Assembly (NCBI GenBank): GCA_021851265.1 | Contig: JAJZIG010000001.1 | Coordinates: forward strand, 84 to 64,083 | From: an archaeon | Lineage (GTDB): Archaea; Thermoproteota; Nitrososphaeria; Nitrososphaerales; Gagatemarchaeaceae | DNA length: 64,000 nt | Reading direction: 5' to 3' | Shown: in pieces, positions 6,995 through 16,755 of the stretch | Layout of the letters: the number at the start of each line of letters is the position of its first letter | Position numbering within the stretch: the first letter of the stretch is position 1 | Notes under the pieces: generated by a model | What the model was told of the DNA's origin: nothing | What the model saw: the letters and a program-made list of their open reading frames with translations, nothing else | The model's database searches: none | Program-made: the position numbers and the translations under genes

Positions 6995-7783
6995 ATGCCA
7001 CCGAAAGAGGCTTTGTACGGCGAACTCGCAGAATATTACAACAGGATATACCATTGGAAAGACTACCGAAAGGAAGCCCAGAAAATCAAGAAACTGGTCA
7101 GAGAACACAAACGGTCTCCAGGTAACCGCCTTCTAGATGTCGCCTGCGGCACGGGGAGGCACATCGCCTTTCTTCGCAAGGACTTCGAGTGCGTCGGTTT
7201 GGACGCCAGTGAGGAACTCCTGAAGGTCGCCAGGAGAGATGTCCCAGGACCAGAATTCCACAGGGGTGACATGACCGATTTCAGTCTTGGGAGACGGTTC
7301 GATGTTGTCCTTTGCCTGTTCAGCAGCACAGGCTACATAAGAACAAAGAACGAAATCAGAAGGGCCACCCTCAACTTCGCGAAGCACATGGCGGAGGGAG
7401 GGGTCCTGATCATCGAACCCTGGTTCCGGAAGTCGGAGTGGCGCGAGAAGACCGTCCACCTGCAGACCTACGACGCCGAATCCCTCAAAATCGCAAGAGC
7501 GAGCTTTGCCACTTCTGATGGTGCGTTCTCGGTGGCCGACGAGTGGTATCTGATAGGCAAAGAGGGGATCGGACTGAGGCTCGTGAAAGACCACCACAGA
7601 ATGAGGTTCTTCGAGCCTGAGCTGTGGCTAGGCGCCCTCCGGGCAGCGGGGCTGGACCCGAGGTTCACCAAGGACGGGCTGATGCGAGGCCGAGGGCTGA
7701 TCATCGCAACGAGGCCTGCCGAGCGAGGCGCTCCCGAAGGCGCGATGAGCCCGACGCACAACAACCGCCCGACCACGACCTAA
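6995..7783 (+). CDS. Class I SAM-dependent methyltransferase (TylM1/DesVI-like architecture)
   Basis: LLDVACGTGRHIAFL (motif I), DVVLCLFSSTGYI, GGVLIIEPW. Confidence 0.8.
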   Translation: MPPKEALYGELAEYYNRIYHWKDYRKEAQKIKKLVREHKRSPGNRLLDVACGTGRHIAFLRKDFECVGLDASEELLKVARRDVPGPEFHRGDMTDFSLGRRFDVVLCLFSSTGYIRTKNEIRRATLNFAKHMAEGGVLIIEPWFRKSEWREKTVHLQTYDAESLKIARASFATSDGAFSVADEWYLIGKEGIGLRLVKDHHRMRFFEPELWLGALRAAGLDPRFTKDGLMRGRGLIIATRPAERGAPEGAMSPTHNNRPTTT

Positions 7784-8622
7784 CGACTCCCCGAGACCAT
7801 GCAGATTCGGGGAGGCTTCTCTGCTGCGTCGTCCAGCAGCCGCTCCGCCTTCTTGTACCCATCTAACACCCCTTTGGGCATTGACGGGTCGTACGGGAAG
7901 CGGATGGGCGCGTAGTCGAGGCTCGTCTCTATGAACTCCTGCGAAACATCGGAGAACCCCTCGACCTCGAGCAGGCGGGCCATCTCGTCGCCGGTCGGAA
8001 GGTCAAGCTCCCACCCCATCTTCGTCCTCATCGAGTAGAATGCCCGGTATCCTGGACTCCCAGGGTCGTTCAGGTCGGACTCGACGACCACCAGGCGCCC
8101 TCCCTTTCCGAGCACCCGCTTCGCCTCGCGTACGAGCCCTCCGATCTCCTCCACACCTCCGAAGTTCCTGATGGAGTGGACCGAGGCCACCAGCTGGAAG
8201 GAGCCATCTTTGAGGGGGATCGAAGTCGCGCTTGCCCTGACTCCTGAGACGCGATGGACGTGCCCCACGATGGCGGACGTCCTCTTGAACTCGTCCCACC
8301 ATCCAGATCTCCCTCTTCCGTCCATGGGGTCCACCCCGACCACTCTGGTCGACCGTGTGGCGCATGCGAAGCTGAAGAAGCCCCTCCCGCAGCCGACGTC
8401 GAGCACGCTGGCGTTCTCGGCCACGAACTTGTCCGCGACCAGGTTCCTCTCTGCGCCGACGTCGGAGGCGTCGAAGACATCTTTCCAGGTTCCCCCGCTC
8501 TTGAAGAACGCCTCCAACCAGCCCGCCCTGGGCTCCTTGGAGAGACCTTTCGTGCCCAGTCTGGGCGCTGCTTGGCCGACCAGGATGTCTAAGGTCGGCG
8601 TGCTCTCCGCGGTCGAGCTCAA
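7780..8622 (-). CDS. Class I SAM-dependent methyltransferase
   Basis: VLDVGCGRGFFSFACA, GGRLVVVE. Confidence 0.75.
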   Translation of the reverse strand: MSSTAESTPTLDILVGQAAPRLGTKGLSKEPRAGWLEAFFKSGGTWKDVFDASDVGAERNLVADKFVAENASVLDVGCGRGFFSFACATRSTRVVGVDPMDGRGRSGWWDEFKRTSAIVGHVHRVSGVRASATSIPLKDGSFQLVASVHSIRNFGGVEEIGGLVREAKRVLGKGGRLVVVESDLNDPGSPGYRAFYSMRTKMGWELDLPTGDEMARLLEVEGFSDVSQEFIETSLDYAPIRFPYDPSMPKGVLDGYKKAERLLDDAAEKPPRICMVSGSR

Positions 8623-8719
8623 TGGGCAGGCGCAGCTGACTGATGAGAGTTAGGCGTTTCCTGGTGAAGACGCAATGAACCCGCACGGCTTTATCATCCT
8701 TCATTCTATTCTGTTATGA

Positions 8720-9664
8720 ATGGCCAGAAGGCTGCGATTCTCGCCTAAATCTCTCGAGCTGACCAGGGCCCACCACTGGCAGGGAAAGAGGAATGAACTG
8801 CTGTATGACATACTGCGGCTCGAGCCTCGCCACGCGGTGGTAGACGTCGGGTGCGGTACAGGGGCGTTCACACGAATCCTTGCTGAGCGGCTGGACCAAA
8901 GGAAGCGCGGCAAAGTCGTCGGTGTCGACCGGGACGCGAGACTCTTGGCGGCCGCGAGGAAGCTCGCCTCTGAATGCGGCCTGTCTTCACGGATTGAGTT
9001 CAGACGGGGCGACGCCAAATCACTCCCATTCCCCGACGGTTTCGCTGACAGGGTCGTGTGTCAGGCCGTATTGTGGCTAATGACCCGCGGTGAGAGAGAA
9101 GCGACCCTCAAAGAAATGCTACGCGTATGCAAGAAGGGAGGCTTGGTTGCAGCGGTCGAAGGCTCCATCGACACTTCAGTTACCTGGTTCCCAGACGACC
9201 CCCGGCTGACTGACCTCTACGCTAGGCAGACCAGGGCCATGATTGAAGGCTACAAGCGGGTCTACGGCTACGACAGGCGCATAGGATACAAGCTCCCCTC
9301 GCTGTTCACCAAGCTTGGGTTGACCGGAGCCCGGTTGGACGGGGTCGCCGACGCGAGGCTGCGCCTGGACGACCGCTTCCCTCTTTCTTATACTCAAGAC
9401 GTCATCGGGCTATGGTACCTCAGATATCCTAGACAACTGCTCTCGAAACTCGACAGGATGGCCGGAGACGGGGCAAGGAGGGCCTACATCGAAAAGTCCG
9501 AGCCAATCCTGACGGCAGGGGGGATGACGTGGAAGGAGATCATCGAGCTCAACAGGCTGAGGATCGAGTACGGCACCAGGCTGTCGAAGGGCCCAAGAGC
9601 TGTCCGCCACGATGCCACGGTCGAAGCAGGGATTTCTTTCATCACGACTGGAATCAAGCCCTAA
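8720..9664 (+). CDS. Class I SAM-dependent methyltransferase
   Basis: VVDVGCGTGAFTRILAERL, PFPDGFADRVVC, GGLVAAVE. Confidence 0.75.
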   Translation: MARRLRFSPKSLELTRAHHWQGKRNELLYDILRLEPRHAVVDVGCGTGAFTRILAERLDQRKRGKVVGVDRDARLLAAARKLASECGLSSRIEFRRGDAKSLPFPDGFADRVVCQAVLWLMTRGEREATLKEMLRVCKKGGLVAAVEGSIDTSVTWFPDDPRLTDLYARQTRAMIEGYKRVYGYDRRIGYKLPSLFTKLGLTGARLDGVADARLRLDDRFPLSYTQDVIGLWYLRYPRQLLSKLDRMAGDGARRAYIEKSEPILTAGGMTWKEIIELNRLRIEYGTRLSKGPRAVRHDATVEAGISFITTGIKP

Positions 9665-9844
9665 ACGTCGATGCCACGCCCTAGTTCATTTCACATCCTT
9701 CCATTGCAGACTTAGCCTCGGTCGGGAAGCATTGCCAGACGTGCGGTGCCCCGAACAATTAGGGGTTACCACTCGAACTCGAGACGCGCACGATAGCTGC
9801 CGGAGCTGTTCTCATATCGGTCTGCTATGTGTTCCCCACTTCGG

Positions 9845-10726
9845 CTATGCTCTACTGTAAACCATCCGAAGGGAGTCGAGCTGGTTCTCGACCGGGGTCT
9901 TGCCGTCGGGGCTTGTCGTTATGATCATGTATCCGACCCCCAGGCTGGCGAGTTCCTCGATTATCCTCCCGTTCTCCTTCCTATTGCCTGAGAGCATCAC
10001 CCTCTTCTCGCCCTGGGGCCCGACGAAGTCCGACCTGTCGCTCCTCGAGTCGACGCCGATGCGGACGCAGATGTCCTTCTTCTCGCCTCCCGGGATGCCT
10101 CTGAACTTGGCGACCATGCCCTTGAACTGATCGAGGGGAACGACGTTTGGGTGCCAGGCGTCACCGAGGGCAATGGCGCGCTTCATGGCCGCCTCGCTCA
10201 CGCCGCCGACCCACATCGTAAGCCTCTTCTGGACGGGCCTTGGCTCGAAGGCCGCATCCTTGAGGCTCAAACGCGCGTCCCTGCCGTCTTCGAACACCTC
10301 TTCACCGCTCCACAGGGCCCTGAATAGCCTGATCGATTCATCGACCCTCCTTCCCCTGTCGTGAAACGACGCTCCCAGGGTCGAGAACTCCTTCTCGTTC
10401 CAGCCGGCGCCTACGGCCAGCATCACTCTGCCCGAACTCAGATTGTCGATGGTGGCGAGCTGCTTGGCCGCGATGACTGGGTTCCTCATGGCTATGATCA
10501 GCGAGGAAATCCCCAGTTTCACCTTCTCGGTTATGGGGGCGAGATAGGCCATGCACGTGAGGGACTCGAGAATCCGCTCGTAGGGGGTCCCCGAGTTCTT
10601 CGGCATCAGAATGTGGTCGGTCAGCCACACAGAGTCATAGCAGAGCGTCTCTGCCTCGAGTGCGACCATCCGGAGGTCCTTGACGGAGTAGTCCCCATAG
10701 TTGGGGACGCATACGCCGAACTTCAT
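9845..10726 (-). CDS. LLM-class (luciferase-like) F420-dependent oxidoreductase
   Basis: MKFGVCVPNYG, YDSVWLTDH, NLSSGRVMLAVGAGWNEKEF. Confidence 0.8.
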   Translation of the reverse strand: MKFGVCVPNYGDYSVKDLRMVALEAETLCYDSVWLTDHILMPKNSGTPYERILESLTCMAYLAPITEKVKLGISSLIIAMRNPVIAAKQLATIDNLSSGRVMLAVGAGWNEKEFSTLGASFHDRGRRVDESIRLFRALWSGEEVFEDGRDARLSLKDAAFEPRPVQKRLTMWVGGVSEAAMKRAIALGDAWHPNVVPLDQFKGMVAKFRGIPGGEKKDICVRIGVDSRSDRSDFVGPQGEKRVMLSGNRKENGRIIEELASLGVGYMIITTSPDGKTPVENQLDSLRMVYSRA

Positions 10727-10935
10727 CAGAGCCTGGAGCGGTCCGACTGCATAAAACGTTACCTGCAGACTTGCGGGGGATTGAAAACCAACTCGACCCA
10801 GCCCTCGCTCTCAGGGACCAGCCGTGGCTCTTGCCGTCCCACGATGGAACTACCTGCGCTGAATCAGCTCAGGCTAGCCGTCGTCAGGGGCTTCCAAAAG
10901 GACACTGCGAGGCTTCAGAGCGCTCCGGTGCCCGC

Positions 10936-12897
10936 GTGTCCAACCACGTATATACGACGCTCCGCCTCTTCGGCGCGACATTGGGCTCCAACGAGACCTA
11001 CCGCCATCTGTCTAACTCTTACGGGAAGAACCACTTCGAGGTCGACAGACCGTTGAAGCTCGTCCTGAGGTACTTCCGCATGGTACCAGACCTCTCCGCC
11101 CTGGGGAGGTTCGCCGGAAAGGAACTCTACGAAGTGGCCGACTACGTGGACAAGGTGGCCAGACCTAGGCTCGTGACCTGGAGCATCAACGGCGAAAGGG
11201 TCGACGAAGTTTGGCTCGACCCAGGCGAGCGCGGCGCTCTCGACAAGCTATTCAGGGAGTTTGGGGTGAACAAGTCCCCCTACAGGGGAGGGAGTTGGTT
11301 CGACCACTACGCGTCGATATACCTGATATCCGACCCGGGCATTGCCTGCATCCTGACTGTCACGAATCAGACCGCCTACGCCCTTTACAAGTACGGGGAC
11401 GAAGGACAGAAGAAACTTGTCGGCGGCCTGATAGGCGAAGAAGACGCCGTGAAGTACGGCGCGACCTGGTTCACAGAGCTCCAGGGAGGCAGCGACCTGG
11501 GAGCCAACCTCGTCGAGTCTCACGAGGAGAATGGTAGATGGCGGGTCATAGGCGACACGAAGTATTTCGCCAGCGACGCCGGTCTGGCGGACTACGCGCT
11601 AGTCACCGCCAGGCCACAGGGGGCGCCCGCCGGCGCCAAGGGGCTGGGGCTCTTCCTCGTGCCGCGGTACGACTCGACAGGTAGAAAGAACTTCGACGTC
11701 AGGAGGCTGAAGGACAAGAGCGCCACTGCGAGCGTCCCCACTGGCGAGGTCGAGTTCCACGACTCAGAGGCTACGCTGGTAGGAGACCTTCGGAAGGGCA
11801 TCTATTACACAATGGAGAACCTGATGGTCTCTCGGCTGGCGAACTCCTTCGGCGCGCTGGGCATTGCTAGGAAGGCGTTCCTCGAAGCGTACTACTATAC
11901 CCAAGAGAGAAGCGCCTTCGGGAAGCTATTGGTGGAGCATCCCCTAGTCCAGAGGGATCTGCTGGACATGGAGGTGTATATTGAGGGGTCAATGGCTCTG
12001 GCCTTCAAGGCTGTCGACCTGTTCGAGAGGTCCTGGAAGGACACACCCCCTTACACGGACGCCTACCACTACGCGAGGCTCCTCGCCCACATCACGAAAA
12101 ACACCACGGCCGAAATGTCTGCCCACACGACCAAGGTCGCCATGGAGCTCCTGGGAGGGATAGGGTTCCTGAACGAGTATCCTGTCGAAAGGCTCCACAG
12201 GGAGGCGCTCATCACGCCGATATGGGAAGGACCCAGCAACGTCCAGGCCTTGGACATGCTCGAAGTGATCACCAAGAAGAACGCGCACATGACGCTACTG
12301 GACGACATGAGGACCCTCGAAGAGGGAATTGTTGATGGGCGGGAGTTCGCGGGTCTCGCCATGAGGGAGATGGAGGTGGCCCTCGCCAGGCTCTCTTCCT
12401 CGGACGACATGGCGGCTCAGTTCTATGCCAAAGACGTGCTCAACACGCTCGGCCACGGGGTCGCCACTATCATGCTCCTCGAGGTGGGAAGGGGGGTCGG
12501 AGAGCGGAGGTTCGTCTCCATGGCTCGGCTGTACGCGCTCCGCTTCCTCGAAGGCAAGCCCTATCCCGCCGAGTCTCTGACGGAGGCCAGGAAGCTGTTC
12601 GCAGTGGACGTGATGGCTGACGACTCCGGAGCCTGCAGCGAGGGACCGCAGGACGATCGCATGACCGGCCCCGAACAGGCGCACCTCACCAGCCAATCCG
12701 AGGACGAAGTCGAATTCGGAAAGCAGCGGGCCCGCTTCCTGGCGGAGCTCCAAGGAGACCCGAAGAAGTGCCCTCACCCGTTCCGATTCCGAGAATGGAG
12801 CATGGAGAATCCCTCCCAGGACATAGGCTGGAACACCTCCGAGCGGCGGACATTTCGTTGCAGAATCTGCGGTAGGGTCGTCACCGAGAGGGTCTAG
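10936..12897 (+). CDS. AidB-like acyl-CoA dehydrogenase with a roughly 100-aa C-terminal extension ending in a Cys/His cluster
   Basis: ORF 10771..12897. The start is uncertain (GTG at 10936 or later). WFTELQGGSDLGANL, YFASDAGLADYALVTARP, ERLHREALITPIWEGPSNV. The tail has CPHP...CRICG. Confidence 0.8.
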   Translation: MSNHVYTTLRLFGATLGSNETYRHLSNSYGKNHFEVDRPLKLVLRYFRMVPDLSALGRFAGKELYEVADYVDKVARPRLVTWSINGERVDEVWLDPGERGALDKLFREFGVNKSPYRGGSWFDHYASIYLISDPGIACILTVTNQTAYALYKYGDEGQKKLVGGLIGEEDAVKYGATWFTELQGGSDLGANLVESHEENGRWRVIGDTKYFASDAGLADYALVTARPQGAPAGAKGLGLFLVPRYDSTGRKNFDVRRLKDKSATASVPTGEVEFHDSEATLVGDLRKGIYYTMENLMVSRLANSFGALGIARKAFLEAYYYTQERSAFGKLLVEHPLVQRDLLDMEVYIEGSMALAFKAVDLFERSWKDTPPYTDAYHYARLLAHITKNTTAEMSAHTTKVAMELLGGIGFLNEYPVERLHREALITPIWEGPSNVQALDMLEVITKKNAHMTLLDDMRTLEEGIVDGREFAGLAMREMEVALARLSSSDDMAAQFYAKDVLNTLGHGVATIMLLEVGRGVGERRFVSMARLYALRFLEGKPYPAESLTEARKLFAVDVMADDSGACSEGPQDDRMTGPEQAHLTSQSEDEVEFGKQRARFLAELQGDPKKCPHPFRFREWSMENPSQDIGWNTSERRTFRCRICGRVVTERV

Positions 12898-13057
12898 GGC
12901 GCCCAAAGGCCCACGAAGTCGCGCAGGGACCCGCCATGCGCGGTCGGATAGCCCTCGAACTGATGCTTGGCGTCCTCCACGACCGGAGCAGAGGCCGTGC
13001 TCGACCCGGGCCTGGCTATGAAGACCTGTAAGGAGTTCTCTGCCCTCCCTGAAGGGG

Positions 13058-13435
13058 CTACCTGCGCTGGATGAGCTCCAGCCAGATGCCGTTGGGGTCC
13101 TTCACGAAGGCGATCTCGCTCGACCCAGGCCCGAGGGAGTAGGGCTCCTTCGCTATCTCGACGCCAGCCTTTCTCAGCTTCTCCACCTCCTCCTTCACAT
13201 CAGCGGTTCCGAAGGCCAGGTGGTCCAGCTGGTCCCCCTCGGCGTAGTCTTTCTTGCCCTTCCACCAGGTCAGCTCTATCCTGTGGTCCGTGTCCTTCAG
13301 GCCAAGGAACGCAATCTCCGCGCCGTTCTGCGGGATCTCCCTTCTGCTCAGAAGCTCCATCCCGAAGTGCTTGGTGTAGAAGGCGATGCTCTCGTCCATG
13401 TCCTTCACGGTTATAGAAGTGTGCAGCAGTCGCAT
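13058..13435 (-). CDS. VOC-family protein (glyoxalase I / methylmalonyl-CoA epimerase-like)
   Basis: MRLLHTSITVKDMDESIAFYTKHFGM, DHLAFG, FVKDPNGIWLELIQ. I prefer the start at the internal ATG. Confidence 0.75.
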   Translation of the reverse strand: MRLLHTSITVKDMDESIAFYTKHFGMELLSRREIPQNGAEIAFLGLKDTDHRIELTWWKGKKDYAEGDQLDHLAFGTADVKEEVEKLRKAGVEIAKEPYSLGPGSSEIAFVKDPNGIWLELIQRR

Positions 13436-13873
13436 GGCCGCAGCCGGGCTCAGGACGGGTCTAATCCTTTGCAGGCCGTCGGGACACGGCCCGCGTGCTA
13501 TACCTGGGGGTTGCTGAGCACGGCGCTCGGACACCTGATGTTCTGCACCATGGTCGGCAGGGCTGTCTCGAGGCTCTCAATCAAGCTGTATCTGATTCCC
13601 ATGGTGAGCGTGACGGGGGCCCTGCTGCTGGGGAGCCTTGTCACCACGGCGGTAGTGCTCGGGGGAGGGCTCCGTGCTGCTCGCCGTCTGGCGTTCGACC
13701 TGGAGATACTCCACGCAGGGGCTGCGAGCAGCGTCTTGCCTCTGGCTCATTATTCTCTATTCTATATAGAGAGTAAGTCGGGCAGTCATATAATGCCCTA
13801 GAGGGAACCGCTTTTCCAGAGAATCCTGGAGAGCAACACAAGACAGTTGGGAACGGGGACGCCATTCGCGTCC

Positions 13874-15280
13874 ATGAACAGCAAGCCGATGTCGATGAGC
13901 CACCTGAAGATCTGGTTCACGGCCGGGATGGGATTCTTTACAGACGCCTACGACCTTTTGATTATCGGGTTCGCCCTGCTGATCTTCGGCGCCTACTCCA
14001 TCCCCGGATTCTCCATGAGCACGAGCATCCTTGGTCAATCCGCTGCGGCTTTCGTCGGCTCCTCTGCCATATTCGCCGCCATCTTCGGTCAGCTCATTTT
14101 CGGCTACTTTGGCGACAGGATAGGGAGAAAGAGAGTCTATGGGATTGAAGCTTCCATCCTCGTGGTCGGCGCCCTGCTGAGTGCAATCGCGGCCAACGTC
14201 TATCTCCTCATTCTCTTCAGGTTCATAGAAGGAATCGGCATAGGCGGAGACTATCCCATCTCTGCGACGATAATGAGCGAGTACTCCAACGTGAAGAACA
14301 GGGGGAGGCTCGTCTCCTTGATCTTCTCCAACCAAGGAATAGGCTCGGTCGCAGCCGTCGCTGTCGGTCTCGCGTCCGTCGCGTTCCTTCCGCCCGCCCT
14401 CGCCTGGAGGGTGATGTTGGGGGCCGGTGCGATACCCGCGGCTATGGTCATCTACCTAAGAAGGAAGCTTCCTGAGACCCCGCGGTACTCGCTCCTCGTG
14501 AAGGGGAATGAAGCAGAAGCAGAGAGGGGAGCCAGAGTGCTTGGGGCAGACATCGCCTACACCCATGTGACCGCGAAGACGTCTAGCCTCTCGAAGTTCT
14601 TCCAGAGATACTGGAAGACACTTGTCGTCACAGCCGGCTCCTGGTTCCTGCTTGACATGGCCTTCTACGGCACCGGGGTCTACTCAGGCCCAATCGTCTC
14701 GGCCATACTCCCGATCAGTTCCTCCCTGCCGACTCAGGCCCAACTCTTCACCAAGGTCTTCGAGGCAGGCATCCCATACTTCGTCGGCTTCTTCGGCTAC
14801 TTCACAGCCGTAGCCCTAATGGACAGGCTTGGACGGAAGGTCACCCAACTGCAAGGCTTCGCCATGATGGCCGTGCTCTACATAGCGGTCGCCGGCTTCG
14901 CCATAACCAAAGGGACCAGCATAACAGGATTCGCCATCCCAGCCGTCGGCGCACTCGCCCTCTACTCAATGTCCTTCTTCTTCATCGATTTCGGCCCCAA
15001 CACCACCACCTTCGTGATACCAGCCGAGGTGTACCCAACCGCGAGGAGGACCACCGGCCACGGGATATCCGCGGCTGCAGGCAAGACTGGGGCTGCAATC
15101 ACCACCTTCTTCTTCCCGGCGCTGCTGGTAAGCATCGGGGTCCAGGGCATCCTTGAGATGCTCGCGGTGGTGAGCGTCGTGGGCGCGCTACTGACCCTCG
15201 GGCTGAAGGAGTCCAAGAACCAATCTCTCGAAGAGGCCTCGAGAGAAGAGCTGGTAGAAGTCCCCACAGTAGAGAGGTAA
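13874..15280 (+). CDS. MFS transporter (sugar-porter/inorganic-phosphate-transporter-like)
   Basis: GFFTDAYDLLIIG, GDRIGRKRVYG, IGIGGDYPISATIMSEYSNVKNRG, about 12 TM. Confidence 0.75.
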   Translation: MNSKPMSMSHLKIWFTAGMGFFTDAYDLLIIGFALLIFGAYSIPGFSMSTSILGQSAAAFVGSSAIFAAIFGQLIFGYFGDRIGRKRVYGIEASILVVGALLSAIAANVYLLILFRFIEGIGIGGDYPISATIMSEYSNVKNRGRLVSLIFSNQGIGSVAAVAVGLASVAFLPPALAWRVMLGAGAIPAAMVIYLRRKLPETPRYSLLVKGNEAEAERGARVLGADIAYTHVTAKTSSLSKFFQRYWKTLVVTAGSWFLLDMAFYGTGVYSGPIVSAILPISSSLPTQAQLFTKVFEAGIPYFVGFFGYFTAVALMDRLGRKVTQLQGFAMMAVLYIAVAGFAITKGTSITGFAIPAVGALALYSMSFFFIDFGPNTTTFVIPAEVYPTARRTTGHGISAAAGKTGAAITTFFFPALLVSIGVQGILEMLAVVSVVGALLTLGLKESKNQSLEEASREELVEVPTVER

Positions 15281-15419
15281 CTCCTCGGGTTCGACGGCAC
15301 AGACTGCCTCCCCTTTGATGATGGGGGCTACCTAACACGCCCAATCTGTCAGCGAGGTTCATCTACCCACTCTAGCCGGTCTCACATTCCGATGCCCTGT
15401 AGTCTGGGGGAAGGAGACC

Positions 15420-16679
15420 GTGGGCAGTGAATCCGCTGCCGGCGAAGGCACCGAGAAGCGCCCTTCCCTCCTCCGCCAGAGGGCCTTCGGTGGCCTTTGG
15501 ACCGGCTCCGTGGCGTCGTCCTTCGGTTCGGCGGCCGGCCTCCTCGCCATAAACTGGCTCGTATACACAGTCACCAAGTCTGCCCTCGACGTCGGGTTCA
15601 TCGGAGTAGCCGGAGTGATCCCAAGAATAGTCTTCGGGGTCTTCGCCGGGACCCTGGCGGACCGTTACAGCAAGCTCAGACTCATGATAGTCGCTGACGC
15701 CTTTCGTGCGGGGACGATGGTCGTCTTCGCGCTGACCCTGGCCCTCTTCGGATTCAACCTGTACGTCGTCCTCGCGGCCGTGTTCCTCCTCGGCATGGGG
15801 CAGTCCCTGTTCCGTCCTTCCATCAACTCCTTCCTGCCGCAGGCGGTGCGGAAGGAGCAGCTGGGTGCGGCCAACGGCCTCTTCACCGCGGCACAGGAGG
15901 TGACCTCCATCGCCGGGAGCCCCATCGGCGGTATCCTCATCGCAGTCGTCGGCGTGGCTGCCACTCTGGCCATCAACGGTGCCAGCTACGTCGTCTCCGC
16001 CCTCATGGTTGTATTCGTCGCCCTGTCCGTCTCTTCCCGGGGTGCCTCGCGGGGAGAAGGCCAGCAAAAGCAGCCCCCGTTCCTTGACCAGCTCAGGGGA
16101 GGCTTCACCTATGTCAACGGGGAGCGCGGCCTGCTGAAGCTGACGCTGGCATCCTTCGGGGCGAATTTCTTCCTGAGCCTCTTCTTCACCTTCCTCGTGA
16201 TATACGTGACCGAAGTCCTGCATCAGTCGGCTTTCATCTTCGGGGCCTTCGGGGCAGCGGGTGGCGCCGGCTTCGGTCTGGGCTCCCTCCTGGTGGGTAG
16301 GCTCCACCCGGAGCGTCGCTTCGGCGTCTGGTTCGCTGCCCCCTGGGGGATGGCGGGGCTCGCCATCCTCGGGCTGGTATTCTTCCCAGGGACCGTGGCG
16401 GCCACAGCCTTTGTCTTCGTCTCGACGTTCTTCGGGGGGTTCGGCAACACAGCCTTCTTCACAGGGGTCCAGAGCTACGTCCCCCACGAGGTGCTGGGGC
16501 GCTATCTGAGCATAGACGAGGTGGGCAGCCTGGCGGCGAGCCCCGCAGGGCAGCTGGCGGGCGGGCTGATAATCGCAGGCTACGGGATCAACGCCGACTT
16601 CGTCCTCGCCGCCGTCGGCACGGCGGTCTTCGCCTTCGGCCTGCTGTTGTTCTCCGATGTCCGCTCGCTCAAGGTCTAG
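15420..16679 (+). CDS. MFS transporter (MFS_3/EntS-like)
   Basis: FGGLWTGSVASSFGSAAGLLAINWLV, GTLADRYSKLRLM, multiple TM. Confidence 0.75.
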   Translation: MGSESAAGEGTEKRPSLLRQRAFGGLWTGSVASSFGSAAGLLAINWLVYTVTKSALDVGFIGVAGVIPRIVFGVFAGTLADRYSKLRLMIVADAFRAGTMVVFALTLALFGFNLYVVLAAVFLLGMGQSLFRPSINSFLPQAVRKEQLGAANGLFTAAQEVTSIAGSPIGGILIAVVGVAATLAINGASYVVSALMVVFVALSVSSRGASRGEGQQKQPPFLDQLRGGFTYVNGERGLLKLTLASFGANFFLSLFFTFLVIYVTEVLHQSAFIFGAFGAAGGAGFGLGSLLVGRLHPERRFGVWFAAPWGMAGLAILGLVFFPGTVAATAFVFVSTFFGGFGNTAFFTGVQSYVPHEVLGRYLSIDEVGSLAASPAGQLAGGLIIAGYGINADFVLAAVGTAVFAFGLLLFSDVRSLKV

Positions 16680-16722
16680 AAAGTTGGAACGGCAGAGCGA
16701 CACGATTTTCCATGGCTCTGGC

Positions 16723-16730
16723 TATATAAT
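16723..16730 (+). promoter_or_regulatory. TATA box for pheA (leaderless ATG at 16756)
   Basis: tatataat, centred about 30 nt upstream of the ATG. Confidence 0.5.
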
Positions 16731-16755
16731 CAGACCATGAGCATGCCAGCGGCCA

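Noticed and set aside
12895-13057. Minus-strand open frame (…PVVEDAKHQFEGYPTAHGGSLRDFVGLWAP-stop) between the VOC gene and the ACAD gene
   Set aside because: It has no start codon and is only about 50 codons long. I cannot place the motif. It may be a gene remnant, but this is unsupported.
15310-15360. Possible C/D-box sRNA (ttgatga at 15315-15321) between the two MFS genes
   Set aside because: There is no CUGA D box or C'/D' pair at the expected spacing, only a ctgt. The single box is insufficient.
15372-16703. 443-aa minus-strand ORF
   Set aside because: It is antisense to the MFS transporter (15420-16679), charged and low-complexity, with no motifs.
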